DNA from: Oopsacas minuta | Taxonomy: Eukaryota; Animalia; Porifera | Length of the DNA stretch: 64,000 bases | Direction of reading: 5' to 3' | Assembly (NCBI GenBank): GCA_024704765.1 | Contig: JAKMXF010000302.1 | Span: forward strand, 372,001-436,000 | Shown: in pieces, positions 40,044-51,952 of the stretch | Layout of the letters: every line of letters starts with the position of its first letter | How positions within the stretch are numbered: position 1 is the first letter of the stretch | Position numbers and translations under genes: made by a program | Notes under the pieces: generated by a model | Told to the model about the DNA's origin: nothing | What the model saw: the letters and a program-made list of their open reading frames with translations, nothing else | The model's database searches: none

Positions 40044-40213
40044 ATACTCTTAAACTAATTATTAAAATCTGAATTCCTATCATACACTTATATCACTAAG
40101 ATAAGACATACACAGTATGACGTAATAATTACAATTCATTTAACTGAGAAATAATATATAATTTCTAATAAAGACATCAAGCTTCCTATACGTATTACTT
40201 CCCTATTATTATA

Positions 40214-41884
40214 TCAATTATACTTCTCCTTACGTTTACGTTTATTGACCCATTCTCTAACCCAGTACATACAACCTCCTATAACGCCTAGATATAGCAG
40301 CACGACAAGAAATAGCATCAGATCGAATATTGGTGGTTTAACTTTGCTAACTTCCGTGATAAGTTGTAGCTCATCATAGAACTCATAACTACCATCTTCC
40401 CTCGTGTTAATCTCAATCTTTGCGAAATCGAACTCTGTACTAGCGGCGGATAGCCAATCTTTAAGAGTCTTAATTAATACATTATGTGATCCTAGTGCTT
40501 GTATAGGTCTAGGATATTTGTATATAAACTTATGTATAGCTTTAAGATACGATCTATCAATACTATGCGTCCCTTTAAGATAAGTAATGTTATCTTGTTT
40601 GGAATTGAATATTATCTGAGCTAAAGTCTCAGCAATAGCTTGTGTGTTCTCATAAAGATAATCCTCAGAATATCCTCCCTCCCTGTCTAATACAGAATGA
40701 CTGAGAGGAGAATCTGCCTCTGAATTAGAGGACAGTGTAGTACCAACAACTCTACTCAGATAGAACTGTTCATGTGGCCAGGCTTGATTATCAAAACTGA
40801 GTTTATTAACTTTACGTGTAACTACACTCACTTCTCTGTCTTCACTAACCACACCAATTTTCATGTTAGCTTCTAGTCTGTTGACAAAAGAGGCGCCAAA
40901 TGTACCCTCATTAGGTGTTTTAACAAAGTGTGCATACAATCTTTCCCCGCCTAAATCATCTAGAGATATGGAGAATTTAGAATGTACATGTAGATATGAG
41001 GTTTTCAATTTTTCAGGTGATTCAATAGCTTTCTTAAGAGATATGAAATTTAAATTACTTCCTCCACCCAGTGTAAGTAGGAACAATATATTGTAATCTG
41101 GTCTACTTTGCTCGTCAGCATACAGACGTGAGAATAAGCTAGCTATAGCCAGAAGGCTAGCTACACCCCCACAAGCTCTATAGCCATAGCATTGTAAAGG
41201 CGATGAACAAAATGTATCTATATTAGCAGATAGTGTTATCGTAGGATTCTTATTCTCTCCTCCCAATGAGCCTTGTAAATTGAGTAAAGTTACATTTTTT
41301 AACAGAGCTGGAGACTGTACTCCTTGTGTAGAGACGGTACGGAGTGCATGATTGTATTGTGTAGATACAAACCGTAGATAACCAAAGGAGAACGGGGATG
41401 CGTGTATCAACTCATTAGCTTTTACACCCTCGTAAACCTGCCTCCATTGGTGTTGTTCTGAGGGTGCAAAGTACACGGGTATAGGTACATCAGGTGTTAA
41501 GAGTTGTGTCTCAAGTTCAAGCCATCTATCACGTGCGTGTATTCCCAGTTTAGACAGCTCATCAGGAATCATTACAACCATAGCTCCGATATTCCTCTCC
41601 ACTAACTCAGTGAATAAGTTAATACCGAGTATTTCGAGAGGAGCAATCAAGCACTTACGAGCTAAATTAGTAGTAGAGTTAACTGTTGCTAGCTCCATAT
41701 CAATTAGTGTAGTAGGAGAACCATATAATGAACCGAGAGCTTCATAATGTGCTAGTCTGTATAGAGTTAGTTCTTTTAGAGATACAGTCTGTGGTAGAGC
41801 TAGTAGAAATACTATAGCTAGCCATACGAAAGGGAGAGCTGTACTTCTTTCGGATTCTAATCCTAATGATATATCTAATATCAT
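40214..41884 (-). CDS. NCLN: Nicalin, intronless
   Basis: Signal peptide, LYRLAHYE...YGS, LARKC, WLELETQLL...PIPVYF, degenerate peptidase-like fold (LLAIASLFSRLY...YNILFLL), WPHEQF, C-terminal KPPIFDLML TM and basic tail. First ATG at 41884. Confidence 0.88.
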   Translation of the reverse strand: MILDISLGLESERSTALPFVWLAIVFLLALPQTVSLKELTLYRLAHYEALGSLYGSPTTLIDMELATVNSTTNLARKCLIAPLEILGINLFTELVERNIGAMVVMIPDELSKLGIHARDRWLELETQLLTPDVPIPVYFAPSEQHQWRQVYEGVKANELIHASPFSFGYLRFVSTQYNHALRTVSTQGVQSPALLKNVTLLNLQGSLGGENKNPTITLSANIDTFCSSPLQCYGYRACGGVASLLAIASLFSRLYADEQSRPDYNILFLLTLGGGSNLNFISLKKAIESPEKLKTSYLHVHSKFSISLDDLGGERLYAHFVKTPNEGTFGASFVNRLEANMKIGVVSEDREVSVVTRKVNKLSFDNQAWPHEQFYLSRVVGTTLSSNSEADSPLSHSVLDREGGYSEDYLYENTQAIAETLAQIIFNSKQDNITYLKGTHSIDRSYLKAIHKFIYKYPRPIQALGSHNVLIKTLKDWLSAASTEFDFAKIEINTREDGSYEFYDELQLITEVSKVKPPIFDLMLFLVVLLYLGVIGGCMYWVREWVNKRKRKEKYN

Positions 41885-41954
41885 ACGCCTAGTCTGTAAC
41901 AAATAAGTCAACAATATGAAACGGATTGATAGATTTCGCAGCGGATGGACGGTT

Positions 41955-42110
41955 AGAACGGTCCCAACCTGGGTCCATGAACCCCTTGGTGGTCCACGGA
42001 TAACAGCAGGAGGTCAACAGGACCTCAAAATTTGTATTGCAGTCTATCGGATGGTTTCACAGGTTGTGTCAATTAGCACAGAGTGTCCACGGGCTGAGTT
42101 AGAATAACAA
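41955..42110 (+). mobile_element. Degenerate hAT-like element fragment
   Basis: gaacggtcccaacctgggtccatgaacccc start and gtccacgg motifs, whose reverse complement ccgtggac occurs in the 30322 copy. Confidence 0.45.
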
Positions 42111-42360
42111 TCCAATAACCAAAGTTTCTAAGATAATTTAATAATATAGATACACGCCAAACTCAATAGTAGAATAAAATACAGAACATCCATAACAACC
42201 TAATAATATCATTCTATCTATTTATACATCAAGGGTGTACTTGAAGAAATATAAAACAATGCATATCTTCACACTTCAGATAATCTTTGAGAAATAAACA
42301 AATTTCAAATAAAGAGAGATAAATATACACCTCTACCTCAGGTACATATAGAGACTAGCT

Positions 42361-45241
42361 CTATATATCACAATCTATTGAGTTTGGTACTGAATTATGA
42401 TAAATATCTTGAAATTCACTGCTACGACCCAAACCACCATATTCGAGATGATTGACGTCATAATTTAGCTCGTTTAAAGAAAAGGGATCATTCGTAGCAA
42501 GAGGGGTGTTCCATTCCATACTCATATCAGGAGTGTAGGGAGGAGGGCAAGTGATATTGTCTGTATAAGGGACTTCTATATAAGGATTTGGATCATATCC
42601 CATTGGTTTCATTTGTATACCATTATTAAACTCAGGATAATACTGGCCTTCGTACGGATAGTTAACATTTGGTCGAGGTTGGTATGTAGGTAGTGATCTG
42701 TTTAAATTCATTTCGTATTTCTCAAAACTATCTAATTGTTCTAACAGGTCAGATACTTCTGAATCTTCTGCTATATTGTTAAAGTTATGTTTGTTATGAG
42801 ATGAAATAGCAGGGAGTTTTGGTTGATACCCGCTAATAGAGGGTAAGGATGATGATGATATACGGTTGTCTATCGGGTATTTGGTCAGCTGTTTCTTAGT
42901 GATTACATCATTAACTGAACTTCTTTGATTGCCAGATTGAATGGTGTTTTGGCTGAATAAGCCATTGGGTATATGAGTATAAGAATCGTCTAGGAACTTA
43001 ACTGCATCCATGGTATGTAAACTATTAAATTCATTAACACTGTGATCAGGATCAGATAATGATGTCATCTTAGCTATATCTTCACAATCAGTTCGTTGTG
43101 CATTACAATTATCAGTATAAGAATCTGGACTAGCAGCTGAGTACTGAGAAATCTCTGAGAGAGGAGAATTAATGTTAATTTGCTCAGAAACACAATCTAG
43201 ATTCTTAGTTTGTGTCAATTCGTCTCCTTCCTTGTCAGTACTTATATCTAAAGATTTTCTACTCTCTAATTCTACTTTATTAGATTCTGGCTTTACCATA
43301 GTTTCCGTCAAATCTTCTTTATCAATCAGAACATTATTAGTGTTTTTTAATCTCATGACTAGCTCAGCTTTCTTACCAGTAGAAGGCAAGCTATGTTCCT
43401 TACATAATACTTTAAGTGACGTTACTGTCATACTCTCAAGCTCGTCTAATGTGTATCTACGTTTGGCGATTTGTTCCTTCCCTTCTATCTGTGACAGCTG
43501 TGTGACAAGATCGTTATATATTCCTGGCATAAGATCTGGATATTGTTGTCTGAGTAGATGTAGCTGTAGAAGTAATTGTTCTTGTTGTACCTCCACATCT
43601 AGATTAGATTTATTCTTGCTTTTTGATTCTGTAAGCGCTGTTTTTGTGAGACGAGTCTTCTCAAGTATTTTGCTCTTCGTAAGTCCGTTACCAGAATGGG
43701 GACATGGAATGTATTCATGGTATTTGTATGTTTTAATACCTTTCCGTGGTCTCTTGCTAGATCGTGTTTTGAGTGAGCTACTGCTGATTAGATCTTTCTT
43801 CAATGTAGATTCATTAGGAGGATCTATATTACAGGAAAATATAATATAAAATTGCACTAACATCACAGCCAAATTTAAGGAAATTACTTCGAATGTTGAT
43901 TCTCTTTGATAGAGAAGAATGCCTTGAAGAGGTTTCAGATTCATCTTGAGGAGGGAATTTGCTAGATACTGTGAAATTATCAAGCACTGAGTTATCCTGA
44001 TTAGTGATTGATTCTTCTACTATTGAGCAGTCAGGGCTAGATTCTTCAACCAGAGATTGATGCTGTAATTGTTCTCTATCATCATGTGATAATTCATAAG
44101 CTGATACTGTAGAAGGAGATGTTTGATCAAAACTGTGTGGAGTGGAGAATCGAACATTGTGAGATTTGTAAAATTCATTATTAGAGCTGCTTTGGTGTAA
44201 AGAATCTTGTGACATCTATCAAATAAGAAAATCAAAATGTTCTATTCACAAATACAAACAAATTCTCACCATTGCGCTTAATTTCTTAGCATTCTGTAAA
44301 CTCTGCAGACATTCATTGAGGAGTGGAGCTGGTGGACATAGTATACCTCTCTTGATGAGAGCCTGTGCTCTGGGTCGCTCTGATATCTTCTCGTTTAGCT
44401 TTTTCATAATCTGTTTCCTCATAATAGACATCTGACATTGATGGAGTCGTGGTGATCCAGAGAATTCTTTGAGAATATTTCCATCTATTAGTTTACCTCT
44501 GAATAAGAATATAATAATTATTATTATAATTAAGGATAAGTGTAACTTACTTTGGAGGTCTAGCGAGTAAATTCTTTTTGAGGAGGTCCTCAGTCTTTGC
44601 CCTCTCCAGTCGAATCCTCTTCTGAATTATATTAGGAGATTGTTCCCTTCCCAGTAATATACCTTTTGATATCAACTCATCAGCTGTGTGTCTGCTCTTG
44701 AGCTTCCAAGCTAAGTCTCTTTGGGCCTGGAAATTAAAATATAAGTGTCTGCAACTCTTTGGGATTTACATTAATTCAACTAACCTTCTGTAAAGCACCT
44801 GATTGAGATATTTTATTAGGATTATTAGGAGGGAAGTTAGATTTGTGTATGTTTAGACCGCGAGTAAGGCCCTCACAGAGCTCAGGGTCCAAATAACCGT
44901 TGTGTAGAGGTGGGTCATGTAATTCGAAGAGAGAAGTATCACATGCTGGAGAGGATCTATAAAATACAAAGTTAATATTATTAAGCAAATAATCAAGATT
45001 AATTGGATACTAACCTAGATTGATAATTCATCTCGTTTATGTAATCAAAGTTGAACGGTAACTGTGCTGGTCTAAGCGACTGCTCAGCTGGAACAACCGC
45101 CTCCACGTCACGCGTTTGATACATTTCGCGTGGATAGCTAGGGTCAAGAGGAACCGGATAGTTAGGCTCCGGCATTCCACCAGCCATCATATGCATAGGA
45201 TCTCCCATTGAAGAATTAGATGATACATATTGTGTGTTCAT
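42361..45241 (-). CDS. MRTF: Myocardin-related transcription factor (RPEL x3, basic, Q-rich, SAP), multi-exon
   Basis: RPEL-like repeats LAWKLKSRHTADELISKGIL, LKKNLLARPP..KLIDGNIL, LNEKISERPRAQALIKRGIL; basic KRPRKGIKTYKYHEYIP; QQEQLLLQLHLLRQQ; SAP LESMTVTSLKVLCKEHSLPSTGKKAELVMRLK. Confidence 0.88.
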
Positions 45242-45670
45242 GCTAGAGTGACCAGAGCTAGTTAGTTAGAATCGAAATTCAATAAAAATAATATTTATCC
45301 TTTCCGTTAGTATATTCTATGTATAGTCCTATCCATAACGCCAGTGCTATCAAATTCACTGAGATTCCTGATCGCAAGGCTTCTACAGCCAAATCAGATT
45401 ATCCATAAATTTTAGTATCTCAGCAAATAAAATACATTTAGCTATTTTCATAATGTTGTGTGCTACGAAAGTGGTTTATTGCAATTATGTTTTTTGAAAT
45501 TATATACTCTACAAAGGGCTGGTCTGATGACTGCAATGACGTGTGTAAAGTATATTATTATCTGCTTTAGAAATGGAAACCATCATAACTCATCAAAAGA
45601 ACTCAGTATGTGTTTGTTTTAATAAAAATATATGCTGTTAAATATGTGTAAATAAATATAATTCTATGTT

Positions 45671-48600
45671 TCATAAAGGAGTATTTCCTTTAGTTATGGA
45701 GTAGAAGGGATTGCTAGGGGGAAGTACGTTAACTGTGTTAGTTGTGGCAACACCATCAGCGTTTGAAGATTGTATTTGAACAGGTTTCCCGTCGGTACCA
45801 ACTAAACGGATTGGGGTCGATTTATGTGAGGTTATGTGCTGCCTCTCATTGAGAGTATCAGGCGTGGGAGCATAAGCGGGAGGGGGGTGCGAGGGACGAG
45901 AACCTTTTCGAGGTGAAACTTGCATTATATTTGGTTGTCTTACATTTCTATATCTAGTGAGATGTACTGGCTTTGATAGGCTTTGAGAAGATACTGTATG
46001 TTTATCTGTTGTCCAATCTAATATCTTAGGTGTCAAGGTGTCCGCGGAAATTGTCATGTTAGGTGGATCAGAAGATGGGACTACTTTGCTACTCCGACCT
46101 GATTTAGGTCTAGAGTGAGCTCGTGATGAGTTCTGACTACTCTCAAACGAATTGGAGGGAGTAACAACTCCTGTGGCAATACCCAGTTCTTTCTTAGATC
46201 TCTCGTAAGCAGCACTAGCTCTCTCTTCTGCTGTCCTGTCACTTCTACCATTCTCTTCTAGAATATTACTCATGTGTTTTCTGTTAGTAGCCATTACCTG
46301 GAGCAGAGAGTCTTCAGCTTGTTTTGCTAGTTTCCTCTCTTCTTCAATTACAGATCTTAATCCTTGCAAAGATTGAGAATTTTTATCAGACTCATCAGCT
46401 GATTGTAGGAGATCCCCTCTCATTAAAGTGAGAGTTTCTTCTGTTTTAAAATGAGAGAATAAATTCGGCTCTGTCCTTAGAGTAAATGCGTAATCAGCTC
46501 TATCTTTAGTTAACTCGTCTATTTCGAAAAGAAAATCTCTAGCTAGTGTTTGAGTTCCTTCTGAAAACTTGTCAGTAAATAGTAACTCATCTTCTTCTTT
46601 TATAACAGAGTTAGTATACACATCCTGGTTGGAGTATGAAATAGATTTTTTAGTAGACCATCTATCAACACGGATGTAGTTTGAATGCAGACAATGATAT
46701 AGACAGAGTATAATCATGAACACGATAAGAATCAATATACAACACCCTAGTATACTGCCTACTACAAGAGCTACGCTAGAAGTAGAGGGAACTGGTCCAA
46801 GATAAATAGCTATAGATACAAACTCGTAGCCGAGTATAGCTTCATAATCAGAATTTTGCAGTTGTTTGAATGTTGTAAGAGATGTGTTTGCGGTTAGAAA
46901 AGTGAGAGGGCTATTATCCTCTTCTTTAGACATGAAGAATACTATTTTCAGCTGATTATGATTAATTACGGTAAGGTGTTGAATTATACCACAAGATATT
47001 CGAGATGTTGTATTGAATACGTGACGTTTTCTGCGGCTGTTATCAGCGTCTATTCCAAGGGTATATAGATTGATCAGCTGTAGTTCTGTTGTAACATAGA
47101 ATTCCTCAGATAAATTAGCATTGGATATATTAGCGTTTAGAGTAAGTAACAACAGGTATCCAATGCCTGGATTGAATTCAGGTAGAGTTACATAGTTAGG
47201 GGGTGTAGTGGGGGTAAGGCTTGGCGATACTGTTATAGAGGATGGGAGTGTAACTGATGGGCTGATAGATGATAAAAATGTTGATGAAATAATAGGGGAG
47301 GGGTCTACTGATCGAGATATGTTGCGTTCAATAGATGAGCTTATAGGTATCGAGCTGTTATTGAATATTTGTGCCATAGATGAACTGATAGGTACCATGC
47401 TGGTATTGGATATTTGACTTATAGATGAACTGATAGGTATCGAGCTGGTATTGAATATTTCTGCCATAGATGAACTGATAGGTATCGAGCTGGTATTGGA
47501 TATTTGTACCATGGATGAACTGATAGGTACCATGCTCGTATTGGATATTTGGCTTATAGATGAGCTTATAGGTATCGAGCTGGTATTGAATATTTCTGCC
47601 ATAGATGAACTGATAGGTATCGTGCTGGTGTTAAATATTTGTACCATGGATGAATTGATAGGTACCGTGCTCGAATTGGATATTTGGCTTATAGATGAGC
47701 TTACAGGTATTGAGCTGGTATTGGATATTTGTACCATGGATGAACTGATAGGTACCATGCTCGTATTGGATATTTGACTTATAGATGAGCTTATAGGTAT
47801 CGAGCTGGTGTTAAATATTTGTACCATGGATGAACTGATAGGTACCATGCTCGTATTGGATATTTGACTTACAGATGAGCTTATAGGTATCGAGCTGGTG
47901 TTAAATATTTGTGCCATGGATGAAGTAGTAGGTATTCTATTAGTATTGGATATTTGTACCATGGACGAGCTTGTAGGTACTCTACTGGTATTGAAGGTTT
48001 GTCTGATAGATGAGCTGTTATTGAATACTGGTCCCCTTGATGAGCTGGTAGGTATTCGACTGATGTTAAATATTTGTACCATGGATGAGCTGGTAGTAGG
48101 TATTCTACTGGTATTGAATATTTGACGGATAGATGAGGTAGTATTGAATATTGGTACCATAGATGATGAACCCACGGGAATTCTGCTTGTATTGAAAATT
48201 TGATTGATAGATGATGTAGAAGATATTCTGCTAGTATTGAAAGTTTGGCTGATAGATGAGCTGGTATTTATTATTGGTACCCTTGATGATGAGCTAGTAG
48301 GTATTCTACTAGTATTGAATATTTGACCGATAGATGAGGTGGTAGTGGGTATTCTACTGGTATTGAATATTTGATCGATAGATGAGGTGGTAGTTGGTAT
48401 TCTACTGGTATTGAATATTTGACCGATAGATGAGGTAGTAGGTATTCTACTGGCATTGAATATTTGACCGATAGATGAGGTGGTAGTGGGTATTCTACTG
48501 GTATTGAATATTTGATTGATAGATGAGGTGGTAGTGGGTATTCTACTGGTATTGAATATTTGATCGATAGATGAGGTGGTAGTTGGTATTCTACTGGCAT

Positions 48601-50659
48601 TGAATATTTGACCGATAGATGAGGTGGTAGTGGGTATTCTACTGGTATTGAATATTTGATTGATAGATGAGGTGGTAGTGGGTATTCTACTGGTATTGAA
48701 TATTTGACCGATAGATGAGGTAGTAGGTATTCTGCTGGTATTGAATATTGGTACCCTTGATGATGAGCTGGTAGCTATTCTACTGGTATTGAATATTTGA
48801 CCGATAGATGAACTGGTAGTGGGTATTCTACTGGTATTGAATATTTGGCTTATTGATGAGCTGGTATTGAATACTGATGCCATAGATGAGCTGGTTGGTA
48901 TTCTAGAAGAGGAAAAAGATTGGGTGGAGATAGGAGCTGTTGCTGATGCTATTCGTGTCGATAAAGATGGAAGTATAACTAGAGTAGATGAGACAGATGA
49001 TATAGGTATTGTGGTTCTGAATGTAGTTGATATAATATATGACGTCATCAACAGGACAGATGATGAAATTTGAATAATATCTAAGCTACTACTATTCACT
49101 ACGGGGGATGTAGAGCTTGTAGTTTGCGAAGAACTAGGTAAGAAACTAGTTGACTTCCGTCCATACAAACTGATTATTACACTAAACATCTCTAAACCAG
49201 TACTATCCGACCATTCTTCAATACTATAAACATCCAATACTCTCTTAATATCAGCCGCTAGTAGCGGAGCTGTATTATTAGTTATGTAGAATACGATTCT
49301 AGTAGCAGCAATAGCTCCCGTAGAAAACTGAAGAAATTCATTCTTTATTACATTAAATGCGAAACTTCCAATTCTGAATGAGAAATAAAGTGTATACTCT
49401 AAGTATACAACATTAGATATCATTGTATTGAGAAACCGAGCGGCCAATGCTATGAAGGTAGAGTTTATGCCAAAAGTATCCGAACCGATTGGACTATATC
49501 TAAATGTAACTACAAGATAGTATTGTGTAGGTTGTAACTGTGTAAATATTTGTGACGTAGATAGTATAGATGTTAAAGTAGATTGGGAAGGAATAATTGT
49601 AGTACTTATAGGTTGTACTGATTGTGTAGCTGTAGATGATATAGATGGCGTATTAGAAGTGCTAAAAACCGCAGAGGATGATTGTTGAGGTACTAAGTAT
49701 GATGATACAATAACCTGAGAGGACATGTTAAGAACTTGTATTGAACTGCTTTCTGGTATAGTAACTGTTGATGATATAGGTTGTATAGTTGATTGTATGC
49801 TTATAGAACTAGTGAATGATGGAAGAATAGTTCGTGAAATAACAGAGCTTGCTGTAAGTGATTGTGACTCAATAATGCTAGTTACTTCCTGAGAAGCAGA
49901 GTCTGTCAAAAGTGATCGGGTAGATGAAGAAGACGGTACTATGGATGTAACGGGAACACTTGCTGTAGACATAACACTATCAACGAGTGTAGATCGAGAT
50001 GAAGGTTTAGTTGAACTGATCTCTATACTCGATTCAATCGATAAGAGAGTTGACATAGAAGTAGACATTATACTGACTATAGTAGATGATATATATTCCA
50101 TTGTAGTTGAGGCTATTTGAGGAATTGTACTGGCGCTTACAATTAGTTGAAATAAACTAAATGAAGCACTTGCAGATATGGTATCACTCGTAACATGATC
50201 TTTCCAGTCAGTTAAGTTACAATTTCTACTGAATACATCAATAGCAAAAGTTGCATTAATCAGTGTACTATTCTGAGAGATATAAAATACAAAATTGACG
50301 ATTGTATCACCTTCGTCACCCTGATGACTGAATTGAAAAATAGCATAAGAAATAAGGAATAGAGAAATATTAAGATCGTGTAATTCAACTATAACAAGCT
50401 CATCAGTAAGATAATGAGTATAATCAACATCTTCACTGGATATATTCAAGTAACAACTAGCTAATACCTGTCCGAATCTAGGTAGGTTCACATTATCCGA
50501 TCTGAAAAGTTCAAGAATCTGATCAGCGTGATATAATATAGTCATATTAATGTAATGAAGATAAGGATCAAGATCTGTCGTATCCACAGACTGGACATTA
50601 GATTCTTTAGTAATAAATAAGAGAATAATTGAGAATAGAAATATCTGAACAAGCCACAT
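45671..50659 (-). CDS. Type I membrane mucin-like glycoprotein, KIAA1549/UPF0606-like (1662 aa, intronless)
   Basis: Signal peptide, S/T-rich stalks, three related globular modules, RRKR furin-like site, IVFFM...AILGY segment before a single TM (VALVVGSILGCCILILIVFMIILCL), long cytoplasmic tail. Family call rests on recalled resemblance. Confidence 0.7.
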   Translation of the reverse strand: MWLVQIFLFSIILLFITKESNVQSVDTTDLDPYLHYINMTILYHADQILELFRSDNVNLPRFGQVLASCYLNISSEDVDYTHYLTDELVIVELHDLNISLFLISYAIFQFSHQGDEGDTIVNFVFYISQNSTLINATFAIDVFSRNCNLTDWKDHVTSDTISASASFSLFQLIVSASTIPQIASTTMEYISSTIVSIMSTSMSTLLSIESSIEISSTKPSSRSTLVDSVMSTASVPVTSIVPSSSSTRSLLTDSASQEVTSIIESQSLTASSVISRTILPSFTSSISIQSTIQPISSTVTIPESSSIQVLNMSSQVIVSSYLVPQQSSSAVFSTSNTPSISSTATQSVQPISTTIIPSQSTLTSILSTSQIFTQLQPTQYYLVVTFRYSPIGSDTFGINSTFIALAARFLNTMISNVVYLEYTLYFSFRIGSFAFNVIKNEFLQFSTGAIAATRIVFYITNNTAPLLAADIKRVLDVYSIEEWSDSTGLEMFSVIISLYGRKSTSFLPSSSQTTSSTSPVVNSSSLDIIQISSSVLLMTSYIISTTFRTTIPISSVSSTLVILPSLSTRIASATAPISTQSFSSSRIPTSSSMASVFNTSSSISQIFNTSRIPTTSSSIGQIFNTSRIATSSSSRVPIFNTSRIPTTSSIGQIFNTSRIPTTTSSINQIFNTSRIPTTTSSIGQIFNASRIPTTTSSIDQIFNTSRIPTTTSSINQIFNTSRIPTTTSSIGQIFNASRIPTTSSIGQIFNTSRIPTTTSSIDQIFNTSRIPTTTSSIGQIFNTSRIPTSSSSRVPIINTSSSISQTFNTSRISSTSSINQIFNTSRIPVGSSSMVPIFNTTSSIRQIFNTSRIPTTSSSMVQIFNISRIPTSSSRGPVFNNSSSIRQTFNTSRVPTSSSMVQISNTNRIPTTSSMAQIFNTSSIPISSSVSQISNTSMVPISSSMVQIFNTSSIPISSSISQISNTSMVPISSSMVQISNTSSIPVSSSISQISNSSTVPINSSMVQIFNTSTIPISSSMAEIFNTSSIPISSSISQISNTSMVPISSSMVQISNTSSIPISSSMAEIFNTSSIPISSSISQISNTSMVPISSSMAQIFNNSSIPISSSIERNISRSVDPSPIISSTFLSSISPSVTLPSSITVSPSLTPTTPPNYVTLPEFNPGIGYLLLLTLNANISNANLSEEFYVTTELQLINLYTLGIDADNSRRKRHVFNTTSRISCGIIQHLTVINHNQLKIVFFMSKEEDNSPLTFLTANTSLTTFKQLQNSDYEAILGYEFVSIAIYLGPVPSTSSVALVVGSILGCCILILIVFMIILCLYHCLHSNYIRVDRWSTKKSISYSNQDVYTNSVIKEEDELLFTDKFSEGTQTLARDFLFEIDELTKDRADYAFTLRTEPNLFSHFKTEETLTLMRGDLLQSADESDKNSQSLQGLRSVIEEERKLAKQAEDSLLQVMATNRKHMSNILEENGRSDRTAEERASAAYERSKKELGIATGVVTPSNSFESSQNSSRAHSRPKSGRSSKVVPSSDPPNMTISADTLTPKILDWTTDKHTVSSQSLSKPVHLTRYRNVRQPNIMQVSPRKGSRPSHPPPAYAPTPDTLNERQHITSHKSTPIRLVGTDGKPVQIQSSNADGVATTNTVNVLPPSNPFYSITKGNTPL
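47330..48880 (-). repeat. Coding tandem arrays of 45/48-nt units (SSIxQIFNTSRIPTTT and SSSxxQIxNTSxxPI)
   Basis: Plus-strand units such as atttgaccgatagatgaggtggtagtgggtattctactggtattgaat; roughly 30 units in two subfamilies. Confidence 0.92.
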
Positions 50660-50841
50660 CGAACTTGCTAAACAAATAATTCAAATTTTCGTAAGATAAC
50701 ATTATAACAAGAGTTTAATGTATATCAATTATGAATTTAATAATATTCGATATTGTATTTATCTTTTAATTAACTATATTAAACGTCACAGCCCAATAAA
50801 TACACAAATTAGCCATGCACTGCACCTCAGCTTATATACTT

Positions 50842-51952
50842 TCAAAAATGCATATTTCCTAAAGAACCGTCGAATAAACCAACAAGTGAATTTGAACTGT
50901 TTTTCTTGGGTAATACAGGTTTAGATACGATTGTAGGTTGTTGTATATGATAAGCACATTTATAAACAGACTCTATAGATGAATTGGTAAGAGACTTTAG
51001 TGTAAGAACGTCTTTGTAGAGAGGGGATTGAGGGCCGAGCTCAGGGGTGCTTAAGAGACGAGTCAAGTTATCATGAATCTTCTCTAGGTTACTCACTGTC
51101 TCTATAACTCGTTGTTCTTGTGCTGGATCCTATTTACAGAATACAGTCAACTCCTGTCATATCGAAGTCTGAAATTGTATAAATATGGTCATAGACTGTC
51201 AAAATAATAAATATATATATAAATATATATTCAATCAGATATATCTCTCCGTTTATATCGAAGAAATTATCGCGGTCCTTGAGCTTCGATATAACAAGAA
51301 TTGACTGTATTAATATTGTTTGAACTAACCTGACTGGTAGAAGATCCCAAATTCATTGGTAGGCTTTGCTTATAATTCAGTTTTCTACAGAAGGAAGGTC
51401 CTCTTATAGAGTTAGCTAGCATATTGGAGTTATTTGGTGCTATGAGTTCTATTGAGCATTTGAGAGCTGATATCCAGTTCTGAAGCTCTGAGGAGGAACT
51501 AGCTCGTAATTTATACGTGTCACCACTAACTGCCATTACTTCAAACCCCATTGGGTCATCTGATAAGTTTATAACAGTCGCGGAGTCTAAAGATATCGAT
51601 CCTCTTGCTGTTTGGGATTGTTGATCCTTTGAGATATAGTACTGAAGAATACCAGTACTGGGGTCAAGGTAAAAGTAGCGACGTTGATAACCTAATAATA
51701 ATTTCAATTACATATCAAAGTTTACTAACAAGAAATAATAAACAGCTGACCTTTCATCAAATTGGTCCATTTCTGTAAATATCCCTCTATAGTACGCATT
51801 TTAAATTTGTTGTCTATTGATTCTCTCATTGCCCTCTGAACAACAGCTGATATCTGACTCTTCTCTTCAATTGACAAATTAGACAGCTGGTCAGCTTCTC
51901 GTAGAGGAGATTCAAAATGCTCAGAAATATCCAATTCACTATGTTGTGACAT
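50842..51952 (-). CDS. PH-domain protein resembling the N-terminus of OSBPL10/11, 3 exons, no ORD found
   Basis: EGYLQKWTNLMKG|YQRRYFYLD...RGSISLDSA...YKLRASSSSELQNWISAL; donor CAG|GTTAGT (~51330) joins phase 0 to DPAQEQ...YKDVLTLKSLTNSSIESVYKC; stop at 50842. Confidence 0.7.

Noticed and set aside
41916-42107. 63-aa plus-strand ORF
   Set aside because: Overlaps a degenerate hAT-like fragment; no coding features.
47208-49073. Several I/D/E/L-repeat ORFs on the plus strand and a Pro/Tyr repeat ORF in another minus frame
   Set aside because: By-products of the stop-poor tandem array in the mucin gene.
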